Below are positions 1 through 14,000 of a DNA stretch of 64,000 nt, in pieces; within the stretch, counting starts at the first letter, position 1, and the number at the start of each line of letters is the position of its first letter. The notes beneath the pieces were generated by a model, which saw nothing but the letters and a program-made list of their open reading frames with translations, did not search any database and was not told the DNA's origin. Location: the NCBI RefSeq assembly GCF_001447785.1, contig NW_015164182.1, positions 853,525 to 917,524 on the forward strand, read 5' to 3'. The position numbers and the translations under genes are program-made. The stretch comes from Gekko japonicus (Eukaryota).

Positions 1-1597
1 GACTCATGAGGGTCCATACGAGGTGCATCCTGATCACCCCCTGGGGGCCGAGGCAACCTTGGTTCGCCAATCTCCTCTCACTAGCCAAGGCGCGCTATCA
101 CCTCCCACAGGTGCCAGATCTGCTCCTGGCAGAGGGAGGAGCCCTCCTATTCCACGAGGTGGACAAGCTCAAGTTAACAGCTTATCTCGTGGACACTTAA
201 CTTTCTCTGACAGAATCAACACTGTGCTACTCAATGCCAGGAAAGATTCTACGCGACCTTCCTACAGTGGGAAGTGGGCCCGCTTCTTAGCCTTCATACA
301 TCCCGCTGACGTCCCCCCGGCTTCTGTCAGGATTGACCAGGTCTTAGACTTTCTGCTCTCACTGGCAGAGAAGGGGCTCTCGCACTCCTTTCTCAAGGTA
401 TATTTGTCAGCTATTTCGGCCTACCACCCGGGCTTCGACGGCTTTTCCGTTTTTTCTCACCCGGTCACAAAGAGGTTTATGAAGGGTCTCCTCCACCTGT
501 ATCCACCAGTCCACTCACCAGTACCCTTGCGGGATCTAAGGCTGGTGCTCCGCCATCTTATGGGGCAGCCCTTTGAGCCCATGGCGACCTGCGAGCTAAA
601 GCATACAGCATGGAAAACTGCCTTTTTCATCACCATCACCTTGGCCAGGAGGGTGGGCGAACTCGTGGGTCTGCGCCATGACCCACCTTTCCTTGTGTTC
701 CTGCCGGACGGTGTGAGACTGCTCCCTGACATATCCTTTCTGCCTAAGGTTTCACCTAACCTCGGAGATCTTATTGCCTAACTTCTTCCCTAAACCGGAA
801 GATGAACAACAGCGACTCCTCCACAATCTAGATATTCCGAGGGTGCTGTTCTTTTACCTAAATAGGACACACCAAGTAGGAGGAACAATCAACTTTCTGT
901 CTCCTACTCCAGTCATTCTGCAGGGCTTAAAATCTCAGCACAACGTGTCTCCAAATGGATTGTCGAGACTATTAAGCTGTGCTACCAGTTGGCTAAACGC
1001 CCGTTGCCCATACCTATATGAGCGCACACTACAAGATTCATGGCCACGTCTACAGCCTTCTTGAAGGGTGCTTCCCTGTTGGCGATCTGTGGTCTACTCC
1101 GAACACCTTCATCAAGCACTACACTGTTGACGTTCGTGAACGCCACAGAGTGGACCTTGTTCATCTAGTCCTTTCGTCGGCAGAGCATTGAATTTGCGAC
1201 AGCTCCCACCTCCAGGTGAGCCACTGCTTTTCAATCTCCCATGGGCGTGATGCACAGAGACCACGAAGAAGATAAACAGGTTGCTTACCTGTAACTGGTG
1301 ATCTTCGAGTGGCCATCTGTGCAATCACACCACCCGCCCATCCTTCCCCACTGCTGCCGCTTCAGTACTTCTCTCTGGTTGTTGACATGACAGTGGTCAG
1401 AAGGAACTGGCGGGATGTCCGTGCCCCTCCTCTTTGGGCATGTGCAGTGGGGTTCCCGCGCATACCCGGAGGAGAGGCGTGAAAATCCCTGTGAGCTTTG
1501 CATACCACCGATACGGATCAGTGCAGGCGCATAATCCCATGGGTGTGACTGCACAGATGACCACTTGAAGATCACCAGTTACAGGTAAGCAACCTGT
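1..1597 (+). mobile_element. DIRS1-type tyrosine-recombinase retrotransposon, 3' part (end of pol, YR, ICR, right ITR), degenerate
   Basis: ORF 6-200 has ILITPWGPRQPWF, typical of the DIRS pol C-terminus. ORF 23-781 and downstream frames read as a YR (KVYLSAISAYH, TLARRVGELVGL, AHTTR). 1279-1330 is inverted relative to 1543-1597. The ICR junction reads GACCACGAAGAAGATAAACAGGTTGC. Confidence 0.9.
200..1190 (+). pseudogene. DIRS tyrosine recombinase, frameshifted
   Basis: Integrase-like motifs are split over several frames (23-781, 774-1064 and beyond). Confidence 0.8.
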
Positions 1598-1685
1598 AGT
1601 TCTGATAAGCGCTGTTCTTGAAAAAGAGCAGTTTCTGTCAAGAGCTCTCTCAGCCCCACCTACCTTGTAGGGTGTTTGTTGTGGT
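1597..1685 (+). mobile_element. 3' part of a tRNA-derived Squam3-like SINE, interrupted by the DIRS
   Basis: tagttctg...gttcttgaaaaagagcagtttctgtca...cagccccacctacc matches the SINE copies at 32095-32310 and 60790-61060. Confidence 0.65.
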
Positions 1686-1689
1686 CATG

Positions 1690-3860
1690 GTCAGAATACA
1701 CTTTAGAGCCAATGGTTGCATCAACTATGTGATTTCGTAAAGATGAAGAAAAAAGAACATAGTCAATGCGAGTGTGGACTTGGAATTGAGATGAGAAATA
1801 GGTGTAATCACAAGCCTTGGGATAGCAGAACCGTCAGATGTCTATATAGTAAAATTTTTCAAGATTGGAATGTAATTTGGTGAATTGCTGCTTGGTTGTT
1901 ATACTTTTGAGTTGTCTTTTATTAATTTTTGATCTATCTAACTTTAAGTCAGCTACATAAAGTCAGCACCAATCATTGCTTCCCCAATAGAAAAGGAATC
2001 TAATTGTGACATAACATCGTCTATGAATGAAAGGTGGTTTTCATTAGGAGTGTAAATTGAGGCTAGAGTAATTGGTTTGTCTGCAATCCTGCCTTTTATG
2101 AAAATGTATCTCCCTTTGGGGTCTGAGAGTGTGGATTCTAGCTTGAAGCTGAATTTTTTAGACATGAGTATGGCAACGCCTCTAGATTTACTCGTAACCA
2201 AGGCTAAGTATTAATATGTAAAGTGTTTTAAAGTAAAAATAATTTTTGTATGTTGTTTCAAGTGTGTCTCCTGAAGACAAAGGATATCAAGGCGCAATTT
2301 ATAAAGTGCTCTCAAGACGTTTTTTCTTAATTAAATTGTTCAGACCCCTACAATTAAAAGAGATTAAGTTCAATTCATCCATTATTTAAAAAATCAAGAT
2401 TGATTAAACAATTCATTAGAACTCCCAAAACATTAATTAAGTTAATGGTTGGAGTGAAGAATAATATTAAGTATAAACTAGCCTTCGTCATGCAAGTGAA
2501 AGCAGTCTGAAAAATTGTGGTGTTTAACCTCCCTCTTACATTTTCCTCCACCCATCACTGTGTATAAACCTTCAACTGTGCTATAGAGAATATAAACCAA
2601 CTCTGTCTGAATGTGAAAACAAAACAACTCTAAACATAGTCAAGTCTTCGCATTGCATTATAAACAAGTTACAAATTATTTCCCAAGCCATTCTTCCCCC
2701 CCTCCCTCTCTCCTTCCCCTCTACCGCCTCATACCCCCAAGAACAAAATCTAAAAGAAAAAAGTATAGTGTGCTCCTAATTAGAAGTCATAGTGTTGACT
2801 CTTGAGAGTCCCCTGGATTTCAAGAAGATCAAATCAGTCAACCCTAAAAGAAATCAACCCTGACTGTTCCCTGGAAGGCCAGATACTGAAGCTGAAGCTC
2901 AAATACTTTGGCCACCAAATGAGAAGGGAGCACTCACTGGAGAAGACCCTGATGCTGGGAAAGACTGAAGGTCAAAGAAGAAGGGGACAGCAAAGGATGA
3001 GATGGTCAGACAGTGTTATCGAGGCAACGAACATGAAATTAAGCAAATCGGAGCACGACAGAAGACAGGAGGGCCTGGCATGATGTGGTCCATGGGGTTG
3101 CGAAGAGTCGGACTCGATTGTGCAACTGAACAAAATAGGAATTTTGCTCCACTTATGTGGAGTCATTGGTGAGTCAAGTTTCCTTTTTTATGATTTCCTC
3201 GCTGCTTCATGAGGGACTTCTATGCCAAGTCCATGTAATAGATTGTAGCCTTCTTCTATGTCTGATGTTTGGTAGCTTTTATTTTGAAAGGAGACTTGTA
3301 GTTTCCTTAGTAGTGACCACCGGTACTTTATGCCAGCCTCTCTCTGTTTTGTAGTAATTGGCTTCAAGGAATGACAGCGCTGTAGCATTTCTGATAAATC
3401 TGGGAAAACCATAATAGTCATGCCCTGAAAGGTGAGGCCCCCCCTTACTCTAGATACTTGTAATAATTTTCTCTTTACACGGAGGTCTGCCAGTTCTATA
3501 ATTACATTTCTTGGGCCCCTCAAGTGAGCTGAGTACAATGCACCAATTCTGTATGCCCTCAAGATATGGGGTGTTACACCTTCCTCTAACTGAAGAGACT
3601 TAGAGAGCCATGTTGCAACAAAATTGGCCAGGTCAGCTGACTCTTCCACATTTTCGGCAAAACCTTGTAATTTAACGTTCCGCTCTTTTAGCTTTATTTT
3701 CAAGACAGAATTTTTTTTCCTGTAGCCCACCCCTCATAACGTTGTAATTGTTGGATTTCAATTTGGTGAGTCTGCCCCATTTCCATTGCCATTTCAGCAG
3801 TTTGTGATGTTTTTTGAAGGCTTCATTCAGATGTCACAACAAAATCTAACTGAGGATACA
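1690..3860 (-). mobile_element. Degenerate L1-clade LINE (ORF1 plus APE endonuclease part of ORF2)
   Basis: ORF 3188-3730 resembles L1 ORF1 (RNVKLQGFAE, RAYRIG, PRNVII, MVFPDLS). ORF 1953-2201 is the APE domain (KSRGVAIL, DPKGRYIFIKG, ASIYTPN). Confidence 0.85.
2798..3134 (+). mobile_element. RTE-BovB LINE 3' fragment inserted in the L1
   Basis: Translation RVPWISRRSNQSTLKEINPDCSLEGQILKLKLKYFGH...LEKTLMLGK matches the BovB C-terminus, followed by a (CAACTGAACAA)-type tail. Confidence 0.9.
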
Positions 3861-4362
3861 TTTATCTCTGCTGGGCACAATCCTAGTTTGCTCGTTGTAC
3901 TCATCTGCTTCCCAGGCCCCCCCTCCTCTGGTGGGTGGGGCTTGACTGAACCTAGTTTGACCTAGCTCCAATCTGCTCTGATGTCCAAGCACAGGAACCA
4001 CGGTAAACTGGAGTTTGTTTCCCCCACTTGAGAATCATGGCTTATAGGATGGGGGCTCAAATTTTCCAAGGCACCTGAATTTGGGCATCATGAGAAACAT
4101 GGAGCTTAATCAAACCAGTGAGGGACAGGATGACAGAGGTCAATGCCTGAATGCCACACGTTCATGATCCTCAATGACAAATCTCTCTTAAATTAGAATT
4201 TATTGTGAAGTCTGAATGTAGCCTTTGGTAATGACACCCTGTTCTAATGCCATGTTCTGACGATGTTCTGTGGCCATTGTGTACTGTACATCTAGGAAGC
4301 TGCAGAAGGCCTTGGATTTTTATAACATTTAAATGTCATTTTGTATAGCTCTTAATATTTTA

Positions 4363-4630
<268 letters not shown>

Positions 4631-5269
4631 CTAACGAGGAGGAGGAACCATAAATATTTGAACATTATTAGCCCCAGAACATGACCCTGAGTTACCAAGC
4701 AGGACATGCCTCCCTCACTTCCATCAGCATCCATCAATCTCCCTTGCCTCTTGCTCCACCCCCGCCATGCTTTGGCAATCTCTTTTCCTAAGACAAGAAA
4801 GAGAGCTCAGAATCTAACCCCTTGCCTGCATTGCCCAGGGTTGATTGCTCTTAAGTTCTTTAAACGATTAATATATTGCCTTTTCAAAGATCAAACACAT
4901 TCAAATAAAACCAACACAAACCTCTTTAGAACAGCCATGGCAGGCATAGCCTCATTTCAGCCACACATTCTCTGAAACAGGTGGGCTTTACAACTTTTAT
5001 GAGAGAGCCACTGTCTCAGGGCAGGTTCTGGAGAGTGCAGGTCAGGTCAAGACACAAATCTTTTAAATAAAGAAAAAAGAGCAGTCCTACGTCTCCCCAA
5101 GGAGATCATTTCATAGCTTTGAGGTAATCATCACAAAAGCCCAGCTCCTTACTACCAATAGTCTCGTGCTCTGCAAAGAAGGGATGCTTTAATGGTACTG
5201 ATTTCCTCTAAATCCTGTCATGATCCTGTCACCTCTCCCTGTGTGACACCATGTGCAAGGCACACTTTT

Positions 5270-5670
5270 TGTAGCTCTCTGCTTGCCCTGTCTTTCCAAG
5301 TGGTGCATGCTTCTGCAGCTCACTCTTGAGCACTCTCCACCCCCCACCCCCCGAATGGTTTGCCTGAAGTAGTACACAGCTCTCCTCCCCTACCTTCTCA
5401 GGAAAGCCTGTAAGGGAGTGCTCTTCCACACAGCTTTTTGCTGCCTTGGGAGCACACTATGTTGCTTGTATCTGATTCTGATTTTTGGTTTGTAGGAAAA
5501 TTTTACAGTGACTTCTTCCTGCTATAACACTGTCTTCCCTGTTAACATTGGGGCTATTTTACTGCATTTTAACAAACCTGTTTAAAGTTGTTAGTCATCT
5601 TGAACTTCATGGGAAGGCGGGATACCAATAGTTTGTGCTTTATGGAAAGGCAGGATATAAATATTTTATA
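5270..5670 (+). mobile_element. Old L2/CR1-like LINE 3' remnant
   Basis: Ends in GGAAGGCGGGATA / GGAAAGGCAGGATATAAAT-type tails; highly degenerate. Confidence 0.35.
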
Positions 5671-6048
5671 CATTACATAAAATTAAAAGGAGTCAGTGAA
5701 GGGCTCACCCCATAAAATGCAGGGATTCGTATGAGAAAGGCCATCCTTGACAGAGTTATTTCCTGTGCTTTTTTGAGTGCCCTATCTACATGGCAAAAAT
5801 TGCCTCTGTAACCTGAATAGCAACTTGTAGGTCCAGACAGTATTATCCTCCCCATATTGAAAATAGCAGCTGAAGGATTAACAATATCCTTGAGGCTACT
5901 GCTGATGTTGTGGTGGGGCAAACATGAACTGGAAAACTCAGCTCATACCTGCAGCCACTGCACTGCAAGGGCCAGATGAAAAAACTGACATTTGGTAACG
6001 AAGCAGGCAAGCTGGTAAATTTTACTGGGGCAATTCAGACAAGTCTCA

Positions 6049-6384
<336 letters not shown>

Positions 6385-6557
6385 TCATGCATTCCCACTA
6401 TCTCTTACACACTGCCACCACAACCATAATAATGCAAGGGATTATACAGGACATCACATTCCAAAGGCTTCAAGATGCAACAGTGATGGCAGTGGTGTCA
6501 CAATGCCCCTATTGCAGACTGGAAAGGGAGAACTGAGAAGCAGTAACTCACCCATTA

Positions 6558-6762
6558 CAATGCTGCCTCTCTAAGCTGTGGAGTCTTGTGAGCAAAAATT
6601 CTACTTTGTGAGCTACTGGCATTAAAGTTGTGAGTGAGCAATTTGGCGACTGCATAAATTAGTTGCTCTGGAGCCATCCTTCCTATGCTAAGACAAAAAT
6701 GTGCGAGCCGGAGACTAAAAAACTGTGATCTAGCTCACATTAACTCAGTTTAGAGGAAACAC
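6558..6762. mobile_element. ~205-bp hAT-type MITE (copy 1)
   Basis: Highly similar to 44279-44483, with degenerate CAGTGTTCCCTCTAAGCTG terminal inverted repeats. Confidence 0.8.
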
Positions 6763-6934
6763 TATTTACAGGGCAATCCTATGCAGCATTTCTCCAGCCT
6801 AAACCCACTAATTTCAAGTCTGCATGGGCCTGCACTTTTAGTGTGCTTGAGAGGCAAGATCTGAACTGGAATCTTTCCGATTCAAAGTTTACTCTCTTAA
6901 CTACAGAACATACCAGCATCCTTCACAGCAAACT

Positions 6935-7155
6935 ACGGTGGTTAGCATCAAACTAAGATCTGGGAGATCCAGGCTTGAATCCCCGCTCTGCCATGGAAGC
7001 TTGCTGGACGGCTGTGGGCCAGTCACACATGCTCAAGCCTAACCTACCTCACAAGGTTGTTGTGGAGATAAAATGTATAACAAGAGAACAATGGAAACCA
7101 CTTTGGGCCCCCAGTGGGAAGAAAGGTAGGGTAGAAATGAAGTAAAATAAATAAA
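6935..7155 (+). mobile_element. tRNA-derived Squam3-like SINE
   Basis: Box A/B-like head (GGTTAG...GGCTTGAATCCC), conserved core CCTAACCTACCTCACAAGGTTGTTGTG, and an (AAAT)n tail. Confidence 0.7.
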
Positions 7156-7156
7156 A

Positions 7157-7410
7157 TTCAAGTCCAGTAGCACTTCAGAGACTGACATGTTTCCAGGATA
7201 TAAGCTTTTGTGAGTTAAAGCTCATTCTGTCAGATACAAGACAGAATGAACACCCATCACATCTTACATCCACATTGAGGGGGTGGGGTACCAAGAAGGG
7301 CCACATGGAGTCAGGATACATAGAGACATGAAGTGCAGAAAATTAACATCTAAATCTTGTTGGTCTCTCAGGTGCTACTGGACTGAAATTTTGTTCTGCT
7401 ACTGTAGACC
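7157..7410. mobile_element. Penelope-like terminal remnant with inverted ends
   Basis: AGTCCAGTAGCAC...GAGAC at ~7160 is inverted relative to GTCTCTCAGGTGCTACTGGACT at ~7363-7385. A degenerate hammerhead core lies on the minus strand at 7197-7237. Confidence 0.55.
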
Positions 7411-8029
7411 AACATGACTATCCATCTGAAACTAAAATCAAATAGATATTAGTTTCAAAGGTAAGTTTTGACATAAACAAATCCTTCATAAGTCTTTACC
7501 TATGACATATGTAAATGTTTCCCCCCAGGCAGGTGAAAACCACAAGAAGCCAGGATGAGCCTAGTAGGAACTCTCCACTGGTGTGCTAGTCCCACAAATC
7601 CGCCCAAGAGCTTTGGGCCAGGACTACCTTTTTAGAGTCCACCATACCAAGTGACTATAAATGTTACACCTCTACTTAACCACTGGCTGCCTGCACCAGT
7701 TTGTCTTGAAAAATTCGATTTTGGTTCCCAGGGATCTAATTCCAACTGCCTTGGGTATATGGGGCCTGGAAAGGTAAAGTGATGTGCGAATAAGTCCCCA
7801 ACTGGTCTGGAGGAGAAAAATAACCACTGTCACTTTAATACAAACACAATGTATGGAAATAGGCAGCTGAAGCTTTTCAGGGCAGAGAGGAAAATCTTAT
7901 CACCTGGGAAATAACATCCCATTCAGTTTCTGTTAAAGGCGCAAGGCCTTTGTTTCCACCAGGCAGGTGGCAGCCCCAAGGGCCAAATTAAGCAAAAGGG
8001 ATGCAGACAGGATACCCCTCAAAGCGAGC

Positions 8030-8760
8030 GCTTCGGGTCAAAATCCCTACTCAGTGGCTCTGGAAACTAAGCCTACCTAACAGGTTTGCTGTGAGACTGA
8101 AGCGGAGGGGAAAAGAAGCTCTGCCTAGGAAGCCAGCGGAGCACAAACGTGACCCTGAACAACCAGCCAAACACCTATAAGGATGCCCCAAGGCCTTTCT
8201 TTCGCCCCCCCCCCCCACTATCGAAAAGAAGGCGAGTGGAGCCCTACCCCGATCCGCCCCCGCTGTCTCCCCGAGGCTGACTTCTCTTTCTTGCACAGGG
8301 CCGGGGAACCAAAGTCTCCCTATACAGCGCCTGGCACGCCCCCGCCGCGGCACCGACTAGCAGGAGGGCGGGAGACCGACGGGGGAGGGGCCGCGCCCGT
8401 TGCCGCTACCGCCACTCCTCACCCATCTCAGGCGGGCTGAAGCTCGATTCCGGCGACAGCTCCAGGAGCCGCGGGGGGCAAGATGGCGGGCGTGGCCAGA
8501 CTTCTTGCCTTGACTCGACTAAACACGGAGCGGCTCCGAGGACGGCAGCCGGCAGAGGACAAAGCGGCGCCGAACGCGCTCGCGGGAAGGTAGCGACGCC
8601 AGGCAACAAAGAAGCGGCTGCGAAGACGGAGGAGGAGCTTCGGCTCTTTGAAGAACACGTGCTCCGCTTTTTTCAAGCGGAAGGACCAAAGATGCGGCCT
8701 CCGGAAGGATCGGCTAGGAATCGAGTATGCCCCCATTCCCTAAGGCAGACTGTCTCTTAG
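8030..8760 (-). promoter_or_regulatory. TMEM39B: TMEM39B CpG-island promoter and exon 1 (donor ATGG|GTGAG at 8423/8422)
   Basis: High CpG density, a YY1-type motif CAAGATGGCGG at ~8479-8489, and a strong donor 2.1 kb upstream of exon 2. Confidence 0.75.
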
Positions 8761-10070
8761 GGAAGTTTCATTGAATGAGCATGACTAATTGGAGGTTCAC
8801 CGTCAAGTACCGGTTTCTACTGTTAAAAGTCTAACATTCTCCCCTCGACTGTTATGGCTTGATTGGCAGTCCCCTTCAAACTTCTGCACTATTTTAACCA
8901 CATCCTCCCTTCTTCCATAGGAAGACTTGCCGGCCAACCATGTCTACTAATAGGTGACCAGCTGCAAAGGAACATCACGCAGAACTCTAGTCACAAGGGA
9001 GAGGCACTTCAGGGAGTAGACCCAGCAAACCTATTGGCTAAGGGTGTGCTGTAACAAACACTTAATGATAAACACATTTGCTGAAACAGGTGAGTTAGGC
9101 ATTATAAGCCCAAGTTCAGACACCCACAAACCAAACCACTTGCAGAGCACAACCTGTTTGTCTCCATACATGGGTGTGCATAACCATCCTCAAGCCATTT
9201 CTCAACTTGCCACCTCATTGTGCAACTGATATGTACTACTTGTCAGCCAGCTTCAAAATAGGCTGGCTCAGCAACATGTTCACTCTTTGATGCTTATTGC
9301 TAGCACACACAATTTCCATTGAACATAAAAAGGATCCTGACATATTGAGGAGACAGATTGGAAATCTTCATAACCGCAAGGGAGAAACAGTCTTGGCATG
9401 TGCTTAAAAGCATTCCCCATTGCATGTTCCAGAGCTGATTGCTGCTGTTAAACAAGTTTCAGGACTGGGCTCAGCTAAACAAACTCAATCTTCATTTTTT
9501 TCCAGAGATTTCTACTTGCCTTTGGATGACTGTTTCCAGGCCGTTGCTCAAAGTTCTCAGCTAAAATACTCTAAACCAAAATTGATCCAACTTCTAGGAC
9601 ATAGATAACAAGGTCAAACACAACTTGTGTTTTCCACACATACAACTGTTTTCTTGCCCAGTATTTCACAGCTTGTGAAAAAATAGCCCTGAAGGCTGAA
9701 AATTGCATTCCCATAGAGTATACATGGAAGGGATTTTTGATCTGCAACATACAGTATGGTTAGTCAACCTAATTTTGTAACTTAGCCTCTGCTTTATATG
9801 TTAAAAGTGTGGAGAAGTGACATATGCAAAACAATAAAGGAATGGTGTTCAATTTGTGTTCCATGTGAAGTCTATGACCCTAAAATTTCTGCTTCCTCTG
9901 TTGCTTTACAGCAGCATGATTCTAGCCATTAAGACTAGGGAGGAAATCCAAGCAGATTTCCTTTTGTTCCTAGTTTAATGGCTAGTGTGCTGAGCAATGA
10001 AGTCTTTAGCAGGGGATTCTGGCCCAGCTCTTCTCTTTCAGAATTACTTGAATATTAAAAGCATGTATTT

Positions 10071-10290
10071 CACCTGACCTGGATAGCCCAGGCAAGCCCG
10101 ATCCCATCAGATCTTGGAAGCTAAGCAGGGTTGACTCTGGCAAGTACTTGGATGGGAGACCTCCATGGAATACCAGAGCCAGGAGACACGCTTTATTTAG
10201 CTACCTCTCTGAATATCCTCCATGCCCCGAGTAGGAGTCAGTCACCAGAGGTCACCATGACTTCCAGGTGTGCACCCAGACACACACAAA
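10071..10290 (+). mobile_element. 5S rRNA-derived SINE
   Basis: GCCCGATCCCATCAGATCTTGGAAGCTAAGCAGGG...AGTACTTGGATGGGAGACC matches the 5S internal promoter region, flanked by a non-5S head and tail. Confidence 0.8.
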
Positions 10291-10960
10291 AATACCCCCC
10301 AAACCCCATGGACTTCAGAAAATATGAAAATAATAATAATTAAGCCTCAGTTATTCGGCAGTAATTGCAAACTCAGAACTTTGGTGTAAAAGCTGAAGAA
10401 CCTTATCTCGATTTTCAAATTATTAATACCATCCGTAGAGCCATCCCAGCAGTTGAAGATCTGAGGATGCCAGTGAGAAAAAGTGATGCAGCATGAATCA
10501 AGTGATTAACATACAATTAGATATTTTTTAAAAGGAATATCTTTATTAACACACTCAATGGCATTCTAGTATACAGAAAACTTGTAGAAAGTCAGTCCAA
10601 TCATGTTACTCCATAAGAGAAGCACAAACAATGAATGAATTATTGAGGAAACAGCTCAACCACTTGCAATGCACTGCACTGTGTTAAATTATGCCAGCAT
10701 AAAAGTATGCTGCATTCCAGACAGTAAACTACTGGCACATCCATCTTGAGGAAACTGAACTGAGTATGGAAATGACACCAGACCCAAAATGCAGATCTGG
10801 TGAAAATCTTCAAAGCCTCTGCTCAGCTGTGATTTACAGAAACTTGTAAGACTCCAAAAGATCACCTCTTGGTAAGAATATGCCCTGTAACAGGCAACTT
10901 CCAACTCATTTTTCTGGGAACTGACGACTCGCCTAGTGAGGGAAAGGAAGAAAGTTACTG

Positions 10961-11017
10961 CAACACAGCAGGCTATTACACCGCAACACAGCAGGCTATT
11001 ACATCTATTACACCGCA
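10961..11017. repeat. Short tandem duplication (~23-bp unit)
   Basis: caacacagcaggctattacaccg occurs twice plus a partial copy. Confidence 0.7.
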
Positions 11018-14000
11018 AAAGTTATGTGCCAGTTTCTTAAAGTGTGACCCATGGACCACAGATGGAACATGCAACCATGATGAAATTAAGAGGGCAATGC
11101 TGAAAAGCCAGGGGATTCTTCAAAGTTTCCACTATACGCCAAAGAGGTAACTCACTTTTACACTTAATTTGTGAAACTGGAAGGCAGGTTGCCTCTGCAG
11201 GTGTGCAAAGATCCTCCTGGCTGGCCATGCACTGCCCCGTATGTACCATATGAGGACAAATACCAAACTAAGCTGCTTTAGAAAGCCTTTTGAGAGAAGA
11301 AAACGTACTGAAAGACTAAACGTAGTGGTCCTCTACATCATAAAGTTTAAGAACCACTGACATATATTTCATATCTGCATGTCCCACATTAAGGGACAAC
11401 CAACTCACTAAGCCCTTCCCCTTCCTATTTAACCTCCCCCTCATTTCCTGTCACAAAATTTAAAAATCCCATCAATCTACTGAAAGCAGAACAAGGGAAA
11501 CAAACAAATAAAATACCAAGGGAAACACAAAATCTTGGAATACCTTAAGCAAGTTTAAAATATATAACCATTCTTCATGCACCCATGAAATTTATTTGAA
11601 TGGTAAAACTTCAGTTTTCTTGGCACAGAACTGCCTTTTTCTTCCTGTGATGCAGGCCTAGGTATAACCAAATTGGGGCTAGCATTTCATATTTTAGAAC
11701 TGGAATGTTTTTCTACACCTGCTGTACAAGCTTGGTCAGAAGAGTTCAGGGCAGGCCTACTGTGCTCCTGCTTATTTGACCTAATGATACCTTCTATAAC
11801 TAGTTGCTGCCAAACTTGTCCACCCTAACTTACTTGGGCCTGAAGATTGGAAACAAGTCCTAAAAACCCAGAGAAAAACCATCATTTTGGTAACCAGCAG
11901 AGGAAGCTCCTCCATTATTCAATGGTTAAAATGCTAACAAAGGCACCACTTGTCCCAGACAATAGCCTCTTTTCCAGCAAATCAACAATAACTGATTTAT
12001 GTAACATTTTTAGTATCTGAAGTGGTTTACTATCTTCAGCTTTCAGGTCATTACTGGCTTCATTTCAGAAAGGCACAAACCAATTAATCCTCATTAATTC
12101 CCCCCAAACCTTTAAGACAACCAAGCAGCTGGACAGAGGCAGAATGGAATGGAAAGGGTGGACTGGACAGTACCACATGCTCGTAATAGTAACACAAGCA
12201 ATTCAGGAGTAAGAGAACAGACTTCCCTCTAAAGGAGACTATATATTCATCAGAGGTCTCTCTTTGCCAGAAAACAAGTGGAACGCAGTATGAAATACAG
12301 AATTCATTCTGACATATTTTTTTAAAGTAATTCTAGTCCTTATGACTGCAATAATGTTTGAAAAGTACATGAAGAAGCTTGTCTATTATGATTTCCAATG
12401 GGCTGGGCTTCAGTGCTGTTCATAGCTTTACCCCACCCCGAGCCTAGTGAAGCCAGAACCATGCAAATATCTATTATGTAGAACTGTTATAGAAAACTCA
12501 AGTTTTCCTTGGCACAGAAACCAAGTTAACAGAATTTATGGTTCAGCTGAGTTTGAGTTTCTTGTCTTGCTTCCCCCTCACAAACTCTTCTTAGTAAGAA
12601 CAATACCAAAATTATGCACCAGGGTTTGTGGGCTAGTTATGCCAATTTAGCTGAAGAGAATTACAGGAGTCTTTGGTTCCGTAAACCAGAAACTGTTGAA
12701 TTGCATACCCAACTCGTCCTCAGCAAAAGCCGCTTCCATCCCAACTAACAGCAGACCACCTCCTGCAAATAGGAGAAGGAAAGCATAAGCTTCCTCAGAA
12801 TGACACAGATTGAAACAAAATGTATAGTGCTCTTGCATGCAATTTACACACTCCAGAAAAGAAAACATGCAACTTAAACATCTAAGTAGTGGATGCTTTA
12901 ATTTCGTGAACAGCAATATTGGGTAAAGTAGGGCCAGTGTTTTACTTTTTACAACTGTACAGATTTGGTGGGCAAAAACAAAGGACTCACTACATCCAGT
13001 TTTGATATTTAAGGCTTGATTCTTTTTGGCTTGTTTTGCCCACAGTTACGGTCCATTGCATTGATAAAGGGCACAATTATTAAACATTATCGCTAATTTA
13101 TGCAGAAGCAAGTGGATGTATTTTAAATATCTATTTTTAAGCCATCTTTTTGTTGCAAAATTTTACATTAAAATTAACATGTGAAAAATTTCTTCAGTAA
13201 TAATAAAGTTTATGCAAGTTCCCGTCACAGTTTATGTAAAAGAAATGCGCTATTAAAATCAGACATTTATGTTACCTTTTGAGTTTTTCGGTGCATGTTA
13301 GCTTTAAGACATCCTGAATTCTCCTGCGATAATTTTCCTTTAAAAGGGGGGTTTTGGGCGATCTTTTCATCAAGCAAGACATTAAGCCCTGAAAGCTGAC
13401 TCCAAACCGTTGCGGAAAATTCAGTTATTTACATTTTTTAAAATAACAATCTACAAATACAACTCTTTTTTTGGCTTTTAAAAGTAGTTTCCCTCAACCA
13501 CGCACTGCTATGAGCAGCTTGACAATAACAGAGGATTCTTTTTCACCCCCAAGCAGTTCTTTACCAGTGAATATCTTGATTTTAAATTTTGCCAAGAAAG
13601 GAAAACAACAAAGCTGTTCTTCCTATGCAGCAGTTAATTCTGCCACTGTGCCAGGTTTGTATCTTAATACTCTTGCCTCCAGACAAACAGGCAGAGAAGT
13701 TTTAGAAAGGCTGATTTATTTTTCCCCCTTTTGAGCAACAGTCATTAATACATATGATGTGTGTGTGGGCAGGTGGGCTACTGGTAAAATGGAATTAAGC
13801 ACCTTTCCCTATAGGCTACTGTCAACAACATGCCTGCAGAACCACCATGTGTGTTTTGTAATTAATTTGCAACCCCCCAATGGAAAGCCACTCTGAGAAC
13901 AGGCAGCCATCTGACGAGAGGGATGTGGGGTACAAGGAAAAACTGCTTTTTCTCCCAACATTAAAGGCTTTGTGAATTTCCCCAAATATCACACTACGTA

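Noticed and set aside
10071-10190. Functional 5S rRNA gene
   Set aside because: The 5S 5' end is missing, there are many substitutions, and dispersed copies share non-5S flanks, so these are SINEs.
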